DNA of 64,000 nucleotides, taken from the IMG/VR virus record IMGVR_UViG_3300028654_000001, positions 1 through 64,000 of that record; one strand, written 5' to 3'. The position numbers and the translations under genes were made by a program. The notes beneath the pieces were generated by a model, which did not search any database, was not told where the DNA came from, and saw only the letters and a program-made list of their open reading frames with translations. Below, one piece after another: positions 47,557-57,006 of the stretch (positions are counted from its first letter, which is position 1; each line of letters begins with the position of its first letter).

Positions 47557-48426
47557 TCACGCGTACTTGTGGGGATTGGCGAGCCAATCGAGTCCAATAA
47601 ACAGCTTGTCTTGGATGAACCCTACCATAAGGATCACAGTCAATATAGCAAAGGTCTTATCAACCATTCCTTGCTTAGCGGTCGAGACCGCCATGGCCCC
47701 GATCCCTCCTGTGTCATGCTGCATCTCAGCAATGGTCACGTAAGTCCAAGATATTGCTACTAGAACCTTGATGTCTAGGATGACTTTGCTCTTAACATAG
47801 GGGAAGAACACCGTAGTGAACATATCCCACTTTGAGGCCCCGAGAGTGAATGCCGTCTGTTGATAGATTACTGGGGTTTCCCGAACCCTCATCACAACCA
47901 CGGGGAGCAGGTAAACTATGATGCCAGCTGCCAAGAACTGGACCTTCATCATATCATCAATCCCGAACCAAACCATGAAGAGCCCGGTTAGAGCCGTCAA
48001 TGGCAGGTATCGGATCGCGTCTACTTGTTTGGAGAACATCCCATCGAACAGAGGGAACATCCCTATTATGAATCCGAGGGGAAGACATACTGCTATGGCT
48101 TCTAGGTACCCCATCCCGTTCAGGTAGCAGGAGTAACCAAGGTTCCTAACCAACGCAAACTGGAAGTGTAGGACCGGATAGGCCTGAAGAACCTTCAGGG
48201 GCGGTGGAAGAAGGTAAGGTGTAACCCACCCAGTCCAACAGATGATTTGCCACAAGAGTAGTAGAAAGAGAATCCCACTCACTTGAAGAATGAGCGAGGC
48301 TCTCCTTCCTATCGACCCACGAATCTCAAGTAGATCAGTGTACCTGGCCAACGCGGCCATCAATGCTGTAGAAACGAATATGGAGATAATTAGGGTTACT
48401 ACTATCGAGATAAGATGTCCCTGCAT
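47557..48426 (-). CDS. ABC transporter permease, NitT/TauT family
   Basis: Multiple TM segments; LLPPP and TAFTLGAS (EAA-like loop); start moved to ATG 48426. Confidence 0.9.
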   Translation of the reverse strand: MQGHLISIVVTLIISIFVSTALMAALARYTDLLEIRGSIGRRASLILQVSGILFLLLLWQIICWTGWVTPYLLPPPLKVLQAYPVLHFQFALVRNLGYSCYLNGMGYLEAIAVCLPLGFIIGMFPLFDGMFSKQVDAIRYLPLTALTGLFMVWFGIDDMMKVQFLAAGIIVYLLPVVVMRVRETPVIYQQTAFTLGASKWDMFTTVFFPYVKSKVILDIKVLVAISWTYVTIAEMQHDTGGIGAMAVSTAKQGMVDKTFAILTVILMVGFIQDKLFIGLDWLANPHKYA

Positions 48427-48427
48427 G

Positions 48428-48706
48428 TTATTTCTCTGATGGCTTTTTCCGGATCCCATGCTTAGTGGCTAGATCATAGAAGTGCTTTCGATCCATCCTA
48501 AGAGCCTTAGCCGCTGCTGAGAGATTACCCGAGTACTTCCCAAGAGCAATCTTGATCAGCTGGGTTTCGAAGGAGGATACAACTTCCTCCTTCAACTCTC
48601 CAAAACTTTTAACTGGATCGACTTGAACTTGAACCTCAATGACTTCGAACTTAAAGTCCCTAGAACCTCTGAGTTTTTGGCTGTGAACAAGGTCGATTTC
48701 ATTCAT
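48428..48706 (-). CDS. Stand-alone Fis-type HTH protein
   Basis: FGELKEEVVSSFETQLIKIALGKYSGNLSAAAKALRMDRKHFYDLATKHGI; ATG 48706 fits between the SBP stop and the permease start. Confidence 0.75.
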   Translation of the reverse strand: MNEIDLVHSQKLRGSRDFKFEVIEVQVQVDPVKSFGELKEEVVSSFETQLIKIALGKYSGNLSAAAKALRMDRKHFYDLATKHGIRKKPSEK

Positions 48707-48707
48707 G

Positions 48708-50285
48708 TCATTTATCCAATAGTACGAAGTCCGTTCGGCGGTTCTTGGCTCGACAGGGTTCAATATCCTCTGAGCAGAGCGGATTATCAGGACCCGCACC
48801 CTCAGGCAGGAACTGGTTGTGATCAAACCCAAGAGTCGCCAGGTAAGAAACCACAGACGTGGCTCGAGCCTGACTGATCCTCTTGTTAGTAGCAGCGTTG
48901 CCAGTGTTGTCGGTATTACCAATGATCTTGAAGTGTTGCCCGGGGAACGCTTTGGCTTGCTCCACGAACATCATATCAATGATCCCCTTGGCATTCTCAT
49001 CCAAAGCAGTGCTGTTGGTAGCAAAGCTCACTCGAATGGCTTTGCTTGCTACCGCCGCCGCTTGTTGGACTTGAGTAGTAGGAGCCGTAAACACAGTCTT
49101 TGGGGCAGCCGCTTGTGCCTTGTCATTATCAAGTTTGAGATCCTTGATGAAGTCCAGATCAACGATTTGGCTATAGGGTAGTGTATTCTGGGCTAGGTTC
49201 AACTTCCCATATACTGTGGTCATCTTCTCGTAGAGCTCTTTTGCAGTCACACCCTTGTAAGCTGGGTCGAGCCCAAAAAATTGAAGGTTGTCCCCATAGG
49301 TAGTGAGTCGAACGTTGTTGATAGCCTTCAGACAGAACTCAGGTTGATACAGAGGACAACCCTCATGTAGGATGTTTGCTGCTTTCGACTTGGCTGCAGA
49401 GGACCCATTGATCTCAGCTGCGCCCTTCAACCAACCCCGGACCAACTTGAGTAAGTCATCCCGACGCCGATCAAATGTCGCTTGCTTAACGAAAAAGCCA
49501 TCAGCGATAATATGACTGGCCTGCTTTGTGCTGATCAAGACATGGGCTCCGGCTACCGCTGTAACAGCCTCGTCATCACCCGGGGACCAGACTACAGCTG
49601 CATCAACATTCCCAGACTTGAAGGTCTCGACAGCCGTAGCCGCGTCCTTCTGTTTGACAATAGTGACATCCATTGGAGAGACCCCAGCCGAGTCCAACAT
49701 CCACAGAAGGAGAGTATGAGAGGGGGTACCCTCTGCAACGGCAATCTTCTTACCTAACAAGTCAGCTGTAGTCTTGATCTTGGCGGTCACTACAATGGCA
49801 TCGCCGCCTTGTGACCAGTCCGTCTGGAAGAACATCTTGACAGTACCACCGTAGTTACCGCTCTCTGTCGGGAATGAGTCAAAGGTTCCCCACATGAGAT
49901 CCATGGCACCATTCCGGAACGCAGCCCTAGAGGCATCGTAGTCGTCCATGACTTCGAAGTTCACGCAGATCCCATCTGTGTGGTACCGGCTGCTCGGGTT
50001 ATCCTTAAACCCACCGTTCCAGTACTCACCGCCGACGTAACCACCCCAGGTCACGACTCCGATCTCAATGCACTTGTGAGGGCCGGCTGCAGCCACGGTA
50101 GCTGCATTCGGAGTGGGGGTGTCGGAAACGGATCCTTCCTTCCCACCAGCCATGAGGCCCTTCACATCCCCCTCTTTCTTACCCTCGGGAGCGACATACT
50201 TTCTAGCGGACCAGAGTCCGGTTAGGACCAACCCTGAGGCTATTATGAATAGACCGGCTTTACCGGCACCTGTGAGCTTTGCCAT
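48708..50285 (-). CDS. NMT1/SsuA-type substrate-binding protein fused to an OmpA-C peptidoglycan-binding domain
   Basis: N-terminal TM; DWSQGGDAIV and KIAVAEGTPSH; C-terminal GNTDNTG...N..ISQARA...KNRRTDF. Confidence 0.88.
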   Translation of the reverse strand: MAKLTGAGKAGLFIIASGLVLTGLWSARKYVAPEGKKEGDVKGLMAGGKEGSVSDTPTPNAATVAAAGPHKCIEIGVVTWGGYVGGEYWNGGFKDNPSSRYHTDGICVNFEVMDDYDASRAAFRNGAMDLMWGTFDSFPTESGNYGGTVKMFFQTDWSQGGDAIVVTAKIKTTADLLGKKIAVAEGTPSHTLLLWMLDSAGVSPMDVTIVKQKDAATAVETFKSGNVDAAVVWSPGDDEAVTAVAGAHVLISTKQASHIIADGFFVKQATFDRRRDDLLKLVRGWLKGAAEINGSSAAKSKAANILHEGCPLYQPEFCLKAINNVRLTTYGDNLQFFGLDPAYKGVTAKELYEKMTTVYGKLNLAQNTLPYSQIVDLDFIKDLKLDNDKAQAAAPKTVFTAPTTQVQQAAAVASKAIRVSFATNSTALDENAKGIIDMMFVEQAKAFPGQHFKIIGNTDNTGNAATNKRISQARATSVVSYLATLGFDHNQFLPEGAGPDNPLCSEDIEPCRAKNRRTDFVLLDK

Positions 50286-50311
50286 TTTTTAGTTCCTGTT
50301 GTGGTTAGTTA

Positions 50312-51349
50312 CTACTTACGTTCGAAAATCTTGGAGAAAGAACTTGGCCGATCCCCGTTTAGGTTTGCTTGTTGTTGCATCTCAGCCAACTCGAGCTCAT
50401 CGGTACCAGGTCGGTCACTGATGCGAACCTTGGTGCTTGGCTTAAGTGACCTACTATTCTCGTAGCTCAGGATTCCGTTCTTCTCCCAAGAGGATAGAAG
50501 TGCAAGGCCATCCTTGTTGAAAATGTCGTTCTGGAGATCCATGTTCGAGAATGTTGAGTGTGAGGCTTCGAAGAACCGATCCATCTCACCTAGCTTGTTG
50601 CCGATATCCGAAGCGATGTACTCACAATCCTGCTCGAAGATCGCCTTCTTGCGGTCACCTTCGATGAGTTCCTTAGCTCCACGCATCGCCTTGTAAGCCG
50701 CCTTAATAGATTCATACTTGGAAATTAGGAGGTCTACTCGATGTTCGGTATCATCTTTGAGTAGGTCGAGATTCCGCTTCATATGCTTGAGGATGGCAGA
50801 TGTTTGCTGCATCTGATCCAAGGTCTCAGCCATCTCCTCAACCCACTCCTTCTCACGTTGAGCCTTGTTCGCATTCAGAGTGGTATTGTCGAGATCCCCG
50901 TTTTTCTGAGCGGCTGCAGCATACTTCAGGAAGGTCTCAACATTCTTCCTCCTAGTGGCAATCTTCTGACTAAGACCTGTGATCTGCCCAGCTAGTTGCT
51001 CGAGATAACCTTCAATCTTCTTGAGCTTCTCTATCATATCGAGGATGTAGTTTCTCAAGATTCCGATAGGATCAATGGTAATCCAGATCCCAGTGAATTT
51101 GCGCATGGCGCTCTGGAACCCTGACTTGATCATCCAACGAAAGTTGTCATTCAACAGAAGTGCTACGACAGCAATTAGAGAACCTGCTAGGAATCCAGCG
51201 TAGAGTACATTCTGTAGAAGCTTGATGATTGCTTCTATGTTGTAGAGGATGACACCCCCAGCGACACAACCGAGTATACTGAGGATAGCAAGGCCCATAG
51301 TGCCTTCTGGCCTCTCGAGAAAACCTTTGATCTTTTGCTGTGTGTCCAT
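50312..51349 (-). CDS. Membrane-anchored coiled-coil protein (PspA-like, tentative)
   Basis: Two TM segments, IDPIGIL, then a long heptad region. Confidence 0.7.
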   Translation of the reverse strand: MDTQQKIKGFLERPEGTMGLAILSILGCVAGGVILYNIEAIIKLLQNVLYAGFLAGSLIAVVALLLNDNFRWMIKSGFQSAMRKFTGIWITIDPIGILRNYILDMIEKLKKIEGYLEQLAGQITGLSQKIATRRKNVETFLKYAAAAQKNGDLDNTTLNANKAQREKEWVEEMAETLDQMQQTSAILKHMKRNLDLLKDDTEHRVDLLISKYESIKAAYKAMRGAKELIEGDRKKAIFEQDCEYIASDIGNKLGEMDRFFEASHSTFSNMDLQNDIFNKDGLALLSSWEKNGILSYENSRSLKPSTKVRISDRPGTDELELAEMQQQANLNGDRPSSFSKIFERK

Positions 51350-51384
51350 TTTCGTCTTTTAGTTGACAGTCAGTGTTCGTCATT

Positions 51385-51432
51385 CATACTAGACAAGTTC
51401 AGTGGTTTGAATCACTGAACTTGTCTAGTATG
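51385..51432. repeat. Perfect 20-bp inverted repeat inside the operon
   Basis: CATACTAGACAAGTTCAGTG-8 nt-CACTGAACTTGTCTAGTATG. Confidence 0.85.
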
Positions 51433-51433
51433 G

Positions 51434-52072
51434 TTAGTGGAGCAGGTATGTTTCGATCTTGGTTCGGTCAGAGGTGAGGTTGTTTGCAATAGCCGCTCGA
51501 GTTGCCTCGAAAGCAGACCTCTTGTTTTGGATATCTTGTTTCGCTTGGACGATCTCCAAGTTGATAGCATCCTGTTGTTTCCGATGTTCTTGGATGGATA
51601 TGGTGAGTCGATTGATCTCTGCAGCCTCACCCTCGATGGTGGTAGTCAGGTCAGCAACAGATTTCTCTTTAGCAGTTACCTGTTGAGTTTCGACTCCACT
51701 CACGAAGGATTCAAACTCTGCAGCCTTACCATCAACCACTTTGAGATAATGATCAACAGCATCAAGTAGGATCTGCTTTGTCACCCCCATCGACTGAGCT
51801 GTAGCAAAAACAGCCTGGAACTTCTGCTCCTCGGTCATAGGAACCCCAGCCATACGCACCAAGGAATCTCGGAACTCGATGTAGTCGAACCCAGGGAGGT
51901 TACTAGCTTCGATGGCATCTTGGATGATCTTGGCCATCTCCTGATCCGGTTGCCCAGGGATGATTGTAACCACTGGCTTTGAAGTAACCGACGGAGGTTC
52001 AGAAGCCTTTGAAGCCGCCTTTGGTTTATCAGACTCTGTATCCACAAATATGCTTGCGAGTTTTCCAAACAC
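51434..52072 (-). CDS. Coiled-coil protein, first gene of the ABC operon
   Basis: GAAGGAG SD; NLPGFDYIEF motif and C-terminal coiled coil. Confidence 0.75.
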   Translation of the reverse strand: MFGKLASIFVDTESDKPKAASKASEPPSVTSKPVVTIIPGQPDQEMAKIIQDAIEASNLPGFDYIEFRDSLVRMAGVPMTEEQKFQAVFATAQSMGVTKQILLDAVDHYLKVVDGKAAEFESFVSGVETQQVTAKEKSVADLTTTIEGEAAEINRLTISIQEHRKQQDAINLEIVQAKQDIQNKRSAFEATRAAIANNLTSDRTKIETYLLH

Positions 52073-52176
52073 AGGCAGTCTCCTTCGAGGTTAGCGCCGT
52101 CCGATGTACTCAAATCTTAGATGAATGTCAATAAATCTTGGTCTTAGTACACCGGAAGACAACTTTTAGTTAAGAT

Positions 52177-52410
52177 TCATAACGGCTCATTGTTCGGATT
52201 CAATTCTGGAACCCTTTCAACTACCCCACGACTCACCATCTCCCTCTTACCCTCTTCGGATAAATACCATGTGTTAGTGATTCGATGAAACATCTCTGGA
52301 CTTGCCTGTAGAAGGAGATTCTGCGCCAACATCTGGTCACATACTGGTAGGAACCCTCTAGTGACAATGCAATACTCAAAGGTTTTTTTACCATCCTCAA
52401 TCCGAAACAC
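52177..52410 (-). CDS. Hypothetical protein
   Basis: Overlaps the 3' end of the MoeB-like gene. Confidence 0.45.
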   Translation of the reverse strand: MFRIEDGKKTFEYCIVTRGFLPVCDQMLAQNLLLQASPEMFHRITNTWYLSEEGKREMVSRGVVERVPELNPNNEPL

Positions 52411-53152
52411 ATTGAGAGCAGACAGGGCAACTCGAATCCCTCGTTACGGGTAGTTCCTGGAACCTCATTTCTAAAGCATTGAAAACTAAGAGCCTTCCTA
52501 CCAAAGGCTCCCCAATCTCGAGGGTGACTTTGAGAGCCTCTGTCGCTTGAAGCATCCCGATGGTGCCAGGCACAACCCCAAGGACGCCTCCGGGGCGGTT
52601 GGGCTTATCCACAGCCACGGACACGTTTGGGTACAGACATTGGTAGCAGGGCCCCTTGCCACGAACAAGGGTCGTCACCTGCCCCTCGAAGCTGGACACA
52701 CTCCCATGAATCAACGGAATCTTGTAGTACATGCAGGCTCGATTCAGAAGATACCGAGTCCTCGCGTTATCACAACAATCCACGACAATATCCCACCCAT
52801 AGGTGAAAATTTCCTCAATATTATCACAGGTTAGCCTCTGAGGTAGGGAGATGACCCTCACATCAGAGTTCAGTTGAGTGATGACTTTCTCGGCACTCTG
52901 GGTCTTGAGGAGCCCAACCTTAGAATGGATAACCTGCCTCTGAAGATTCGACAAGGATACCTTGTCATTATCCAAAATCCCAAGGGTACCGAACCCGGCT
53001 GCAGCCAGGTAGAGAGCCACCGGAGAACCTAACCCTCCCAACCCAACAATCAGGGCTCGACTTTCAAAGAGCCTAGCCTGCCCCTCCTCCCCAACTTCTG
53101 GTAGAAGGAAGTGCCTCCCATACCGTTCTCTATGGTCATCGCTAATGATCAT
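52397..53152 (-). CDS. MoeB/ThiF-family E1-like adenylyltransferase
   Basis: RYGRH, VGLGGLG, DNDKVSLSNLQRQ, CYQCL and CPVC motifs. Confidence 0.92.
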   Translation of the reverse strand: MIISDDHRERYGRHFLLPEVGEEGQARLFESRALIVGLGGLGSPVALYLAAAGFGTLGILDNDKVSLSNLQRQVIHSKVGLLKTQSAEKVITQLNSDVRVISLPQRLTCDNIEEIFTYGWDIVVDCCDNARTRYLLNRACMYYKIPLIHGSVSSFEGQVTTLVRGKGPCYQCLYPNVSVAVDKPNRPGGVLGVVPGTIGMLQATEALKVTLEIGEPLVGRLLVFNALEMRFQELPVTRDSSCPVCSQCVSD

Positions 53153-53391
53153 AGAACATACCCAGCAGCGTGAAACAGCCTATTAATCATGGCTCTTCCC
53201 TCTGGGGTAACCTCAACCCGCTTCCAAGGTCCACCTTCGTCAGTGATCTTAACCCACCCGACAGCTGCTAACCTATCATAGATGTCACCGGGGTCATCTG
53301 AAGAACCACTCTTGTAATCGAGGTGGCCGGGATCCATCCTATCTAGGTTAAACAAGACTGGCAAGTCTTCTACGAACTCTTCTCGATTCAT
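53149..53391 (-). CDS. Hypothetical protein (winged-helix-like)
   Basis: LAAVGWV...VEVTPEGR; ATGA-coupled to the MoeB-like gene. Confidence 0.55.
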   Translation of the reverse strand: MNREEFVEDLPVLFNLDRMDPGHLDYKSGSSDDPGDIYDRLAAVGWVKITDEGGPWKRVEVTPEGRAMINRLFHAAGYVL

Positions 53392-53547
53392 AGCTATAAG
53401 TCTAGCATGGATCTAGCTATGGATTCAAGAAGTAGCTTCATACACGTCTGATTGAAACATCCCATTTTGCTCAGGAGCCTATCACATGAGAGCCAACCTT
53501 GTGCATAACTAATTGCTAAATTGGCCAAGTTTTAGTATAGTAAACCC

Positions 53548-54411
53548 ATGGCCGACAATGAGGACATCGAATCCTACTGGGAAGGACTTCGCCCACCTCG
53601 AGAGCCTGACCCTCCAATGACTGAGGAGCGGAGGCGAGCCATTATGGCGGGCCGCCAACTTGCCCGAACTCAATACTCCGAAGATGAGTTCAATGCCCTC
53701 TTCCGGGACTACGTTGATCCAGGCCGCGGACAATCAACTCTGACCATTGAAGAGCAACAGCAGCTTGAAAGGCACTCGATTCTTAGTTCCCCAGAGGCGT
53801 TGTCCCAAGAGGTGCTTGGTGAGAGTGCTCTCCGGATCCAACGAGAGGTTGAGCATCGACGTGAAAGGGGCCTCTCCCCCATTCCACTCGCTGTGGACGG
53901 GTATTCAATTCAACCGCATGAAACACTTGAACAATTCGCCAACAGAGCTCACCTAGTCTATGAGGTAGATCCTGACGAGGACCCTGATGAATTACGTACC
54001 CGAGCCTGGGAGGATACTCACGTACTCAACTCCCCCTTTGGCACTATGACCAGTGAGCAAATCCAGTTCGTTCAGTGGCTCTTTCAACACTGGGAGGGTA
54101 TGACGGAACCACAGCAAAACTGGTTCCAAGATCAGGTCACCTTAGCTCGAGGGAACCAATCTATCGATCTAACAGCACTGGGGATTGGAACCGAAGTCCA
54201 CAGACGGATTGAAAACTCGGTCAGTAGAGCTATCCAAGGGTATGTAGGGCAACCCAGCGATAGAACTCAACTAAGGCATACCGTTGAAAGAGCTGTGATG
54301 GAAGATCCCGAGTTGTTCAATAACCGAAGAATAGTAAGGGAAGCCTTTGAGCGAATGGCGGATCAAATAGATCTTGGGGAAGCCATTATGGCGGGCCTTC
54401 CCAGAAGATGA
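53548..54411 (+). CDS. N-tagged hypothetical protein
   Basis: Begins MADNEDIESYWEGLRP. Confidence 0.75.
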   Translation: MADNEDIESYWEGLRPPREPDPPMTEERRRAIMAGRQLARTQYSEDEFNALFRDYVDPGRGQSTLTIEEQQQLERHSILSSPEALSQEVLGESALRIQREVEHRRERGLSPIPLAVDGYSIQPHETLEQFANRAHLVYEVDPDEDPDELRTRAWEDTHVLNSPFGTMTSEQIQFVQWLFQHWEGMTEPQQNWFQDQVTLARGNQSIDLTALGIGTEVHRRIENSVSRAIQGYVGQPSDRTQLRHTVERAVMEDPELFNNRRIVREAFERMADQIDLGEAIMAGLPRR

Positions 54412-54420
54412 ATCTATTGA

Positions 54421-54747
54421 CTAGATCACCACTCGGGTCATACAGACCCGGCTCCGGAACTCCTGAGATACCAGATGCTCACCATGAAAGTAGCACCCAT
54501 CGTCCGTGCTGGTTGCTTCGCAGACTTCCTTCCGATAGTGGAGCCGAAACTTACCCTTGGTCACGGAGAAATCTCTACTAATACTCGTTACGTCCCTCAG
54601 GTTAGCAACCTTCTCGCGGGTTGGACTTCGTCCTCTAAAGTTAGTAGGGTTGTGGTTCAGGTGATCATCGTGCCAGTAGATGATCACCTCACCGTCGACA
54701 ACCTTGACTCTGGCCTCCAATGAAGCTGGTTGCTTGAACCTACTCAT
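54421..54747 (-). CDS. Hypothetical protein
   Basis: ATGA-coupled to the upstream gene. Confidence 0.6.
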   Translation of the reverse strand: MSRFKQPASLEARVKVVDGEVIIYWHDDHLNHNPTNFRGRSPTREKVANLRDVTSISRDFSVTKGKFRLHYRKEVCEATSTDDGCYFHGEHLVSQEFRSRVCMTRVVI

Positions 54748-55715
54748 GACTTCGTCTTCTTCTTTGGGGACTTTTTAGACTGTTGAGGTGCTTCATTCTT
54801 CTTGGCACCTCGAACAGAGAGCTTCAACTTATCTAGGGCAGCGGACAACTGAGACTTGATGTTGTCCCCGATGTTAGCCTCATCTTGTTCGAAGTGGCTC
54901 AAGAGCGAGACTGCCGCGTCACTGTCACCAAACCTGACTTGCTCCTCTACGCGCCTGGATACCTCATCAAGAGCAGCAGATCGGTCAATGTGGGACTTGA
55001 TGACCTCCACCACAGCGTCCGAAAGACCGGGGAGCCCAGAATACAATCGCTTGGAGATGATCTCCTCGAGTTCTGAACCTTCACGACCAAGCTCAGCAAG
55101 TTTGGTCAGTAGCTGCTTTCGCTTGGTATCCCTCTCCTTCACCAAAGCCCTGAACTCCCCAATGGACATGCTCTGATCAAGTTCAGCCATCAGAATTGGT
55201 TCAGAGATGGTCTCAACCTCATCTCGAATCTTGTCCCCTTGAACCAGAATGACTTCCTTACGATCGATCATCCTCGCTGTTTCCGGATCGATGATCTGCA
55301 CTGCAGCCTTCAGTGCAGGCAACTCATCGAGAACAGCCTTTGCTCTCTGCTCGGCTATATCATTTAGGGCACTTGGGTCGCGCCCACCTACACTAGGGTT
55401 AGGATAATCGTATTGCCCACTCTCAGTCTTCGCATAGAATCGATGGGGGTTGAAGTCCAAACCATTCCCATATCGACGAGTATCATTGTCATAGAGCTTA
55501 CGAAGATGTTTCTGGCTGATGAACTTCCGACTCTCAGCTGTACGGGAAATTTCATAAGCCGTCTTTTCTAGAAGGTATCGAGCCGCAATGACTCGATTAT
55601 GGAATAACTCAACAAACTCAATCTTCTTCCCCTCCCCCCAGTTCACTATATTTGAGTTCTGTACAGAGGATAGAAAGTCACCTGTCGGGGTATCCAGTAG
55701 CTGGTTGTCGTCCAT
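54744..55715 (-). CDS. Coiled-coil hypothetical protein
   Basis: 323-aa helical ORF. Confidence 0.75.
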   Translation of the reverse strand: MDDNQLLDTPTGDFLSSVQNSNIVNWGEGKKIEFVELFHNRVIAARYLLEKTAYEISRTAESRKFISQKHLRKLYDNDTRRYGNGLDFNPHRFYAKTESGQYDYPNPSVGGRDPSALNDIAEQRAKAVLDELPALKAAVQIIDPETARMIDRKEVILVQGDKIRDEVETISEPILMAELDQSMSIGEFRALVKERDTKRKQLLTKLAELGREGSELEEIISKRLYSGLPGLSDAVVEVIKSHIDRSAALDEVSRRVEEQVRFGDSDAAVSLLSHFEQDEANIGDNIKSQLSAALDKLKLSVRGAKKNEAPQQSKKSPKKKTKS

Positions 55716-55767
55716 GGGCGGGTACCGTATACCTAAAACTGCCTGACTGTAAACAGATAACGGATAC

Positions 55768-56202
55768 TTACGGATAGACCCAATTGGCTTCTACGTTGGC
55801 CCCACGCTTCTTAGCTAGGTGAATTCCACGACTTAGGTGATCTTGTAGCTTACCACTCTGACACAGGCTATCGACAATTTTAGCGATTATCTCTGGAGTT
55901 TGCTCGCCATAGGTGATCGGGTCGAAGTCCAAGTCCTGACTGATATCCACCAACATTCGTAGCTTCACGAGGATATCGTAGGGTTGGGACTCGAGCAGCC
56001 GCCTCAATTGAGTCGAGGTGCGTCCCGTATCCTTGCAACCTGAGTTCTTCAAGATACGATCCACGTCCGCCCACTCCTCATCAGTTCCCTGCAGCACATC
56101 CTCTGCCTCAGCCAACTCAGCAAGTCCAACAATCTTTCTGACTACATCTGAGAAACTGTTAGGGATACATGCTCGTTGTACAACTACTTCAAGGGTTTTC
56201 AT
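55768..56202 (-). CDS. Hypothetical protein (possibly DUF3775-like)
   Basis: AGGAGG SD; helical; ends KLQDHLSRG. Confidence 0.6.
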   Translation of the reverse strand: MKTLEVVVQRACIPNSFSDVVRKIVGLAELAEAEDVLQGTDEEWADVDRILKNSGCKDTGRTSTQLRRLLESQPYDILVKLRMLVDISQDLDFDPITYGEQTPEIIAKIVDSLCQSGKLQDHLSRGIHLAKKRGANVEANWVYP

Positions 56203-56370
56203 AGAACCTCCTAACAGGAGGCTATCCTAACCATGAGCTAATATCAAGGAGATCCTAAGTGGTATAACTTAAGTACCCCTGTACAACCCAGTAACTTCAA
56301 TGATAACAGGATCTTGGTTGAGTTGAAGGGAAATGTAGATCATTCGTCAAGCCCAACCCTGGACTATCAA

Positions 56371-56643
56371 TCACGTGCCTGGGGGCAGATACCCCAGGAA
56401 AGGATCAGGAGCCTTCGGTTCTAGATCCACTTCGGTCATCTCGATCTCAGAAAATTCTTTATTTAGGACATCTTGAATGATCTTTATCAAGTTTTCTCTG
56501 GCCTCTTCAGGAGTATTACCTTCAGTCCGAAAGGGTTCCGTGTTAGACCAAGGAAAAGATCTACATGCAGCAATGTATAGGTTTTTCGACGAATAGGGTG
56601 GCCATTGCTTGGTCCTCCGGTAGGTAATAATCTGAAACTTCAT
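56371..56643 (-). CDS. HicB-like N-terminal domain protein
   Basis: YIAAC...TEGNTPEEARENLIKII; GGTGTA 9 nt upstream. Confidence 0.6.
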   Translation of the reverse strand: MKFQIITYRRTKQWPPYSSKNLYIAACRSFPWSNTEPFRTEGNTPEEARENLIKIIQDVLNKEFSEIEMTEVDLEPKAPDPFLGYLPPGT

Positions 56644-56666
56644 AGAATAAATTACACCAGACTTTA

Positions 56667-57005
56667 GTGAGATCGGAGTTCCTCGTGCGTAGTACTAGTA
56701 TGTCCAGGAAGAATTCCAAGGTTCTCAGTGACCTACTCAGCAAGTTGAACCAAGAACTACTAACTGTAGGCTTGAAGAATGATACTGGAATATCAGGGTG
56801 TTTTCGCTTCCGGCTCCCCTTGGGTCAGTACCCGCTCATCGGTGTACTTCGGGACACTGGGCTCTACCTATGCCGTCAAAGCGTTGACTTCATTGAAGTT
56901 CTAGGTTCCGAGATTATTCCCCTGGACACCCATGTCCAGGACATGGTTTCCAAGATCAAGGATCGATACAACACCCTAGTTCGCTGTTACAGCCCAGAGA
57001 GTTGA
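56667..57005 (+). CDS. Hypothetical protein
   Basis: Directly precedes infA; start may be ATG 56700. Confidence 0.55.
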   Translation: MRSEFLVRSTSMSRKNSKVLSDLLSKLNQELLTVGLKNDTGISGCFRFRLPLGQYPLIGVLRDTGLYLCRQSVDFIEVLGSEIIPLDTHVQDMVSKIKDRYNTLVRCYSPES

Positions 57006-57006
57006 A

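Noticed and set aside
48708-48922. Long N-terminal extension of the Fis-HTH ORF (track start 48922)
   Set aside because: It overlaps the OmpA domain in another frame; ATG 48706 fits the operon spacing.
52397-53152. E1-like enzyme conjugating the C-tagged proteins, ubiquitin-style
   Set aside because: The tags do not end in Gly-Gly and their terminal residues vary. No Ubl or E2 was recognised, so there is no sequence support.
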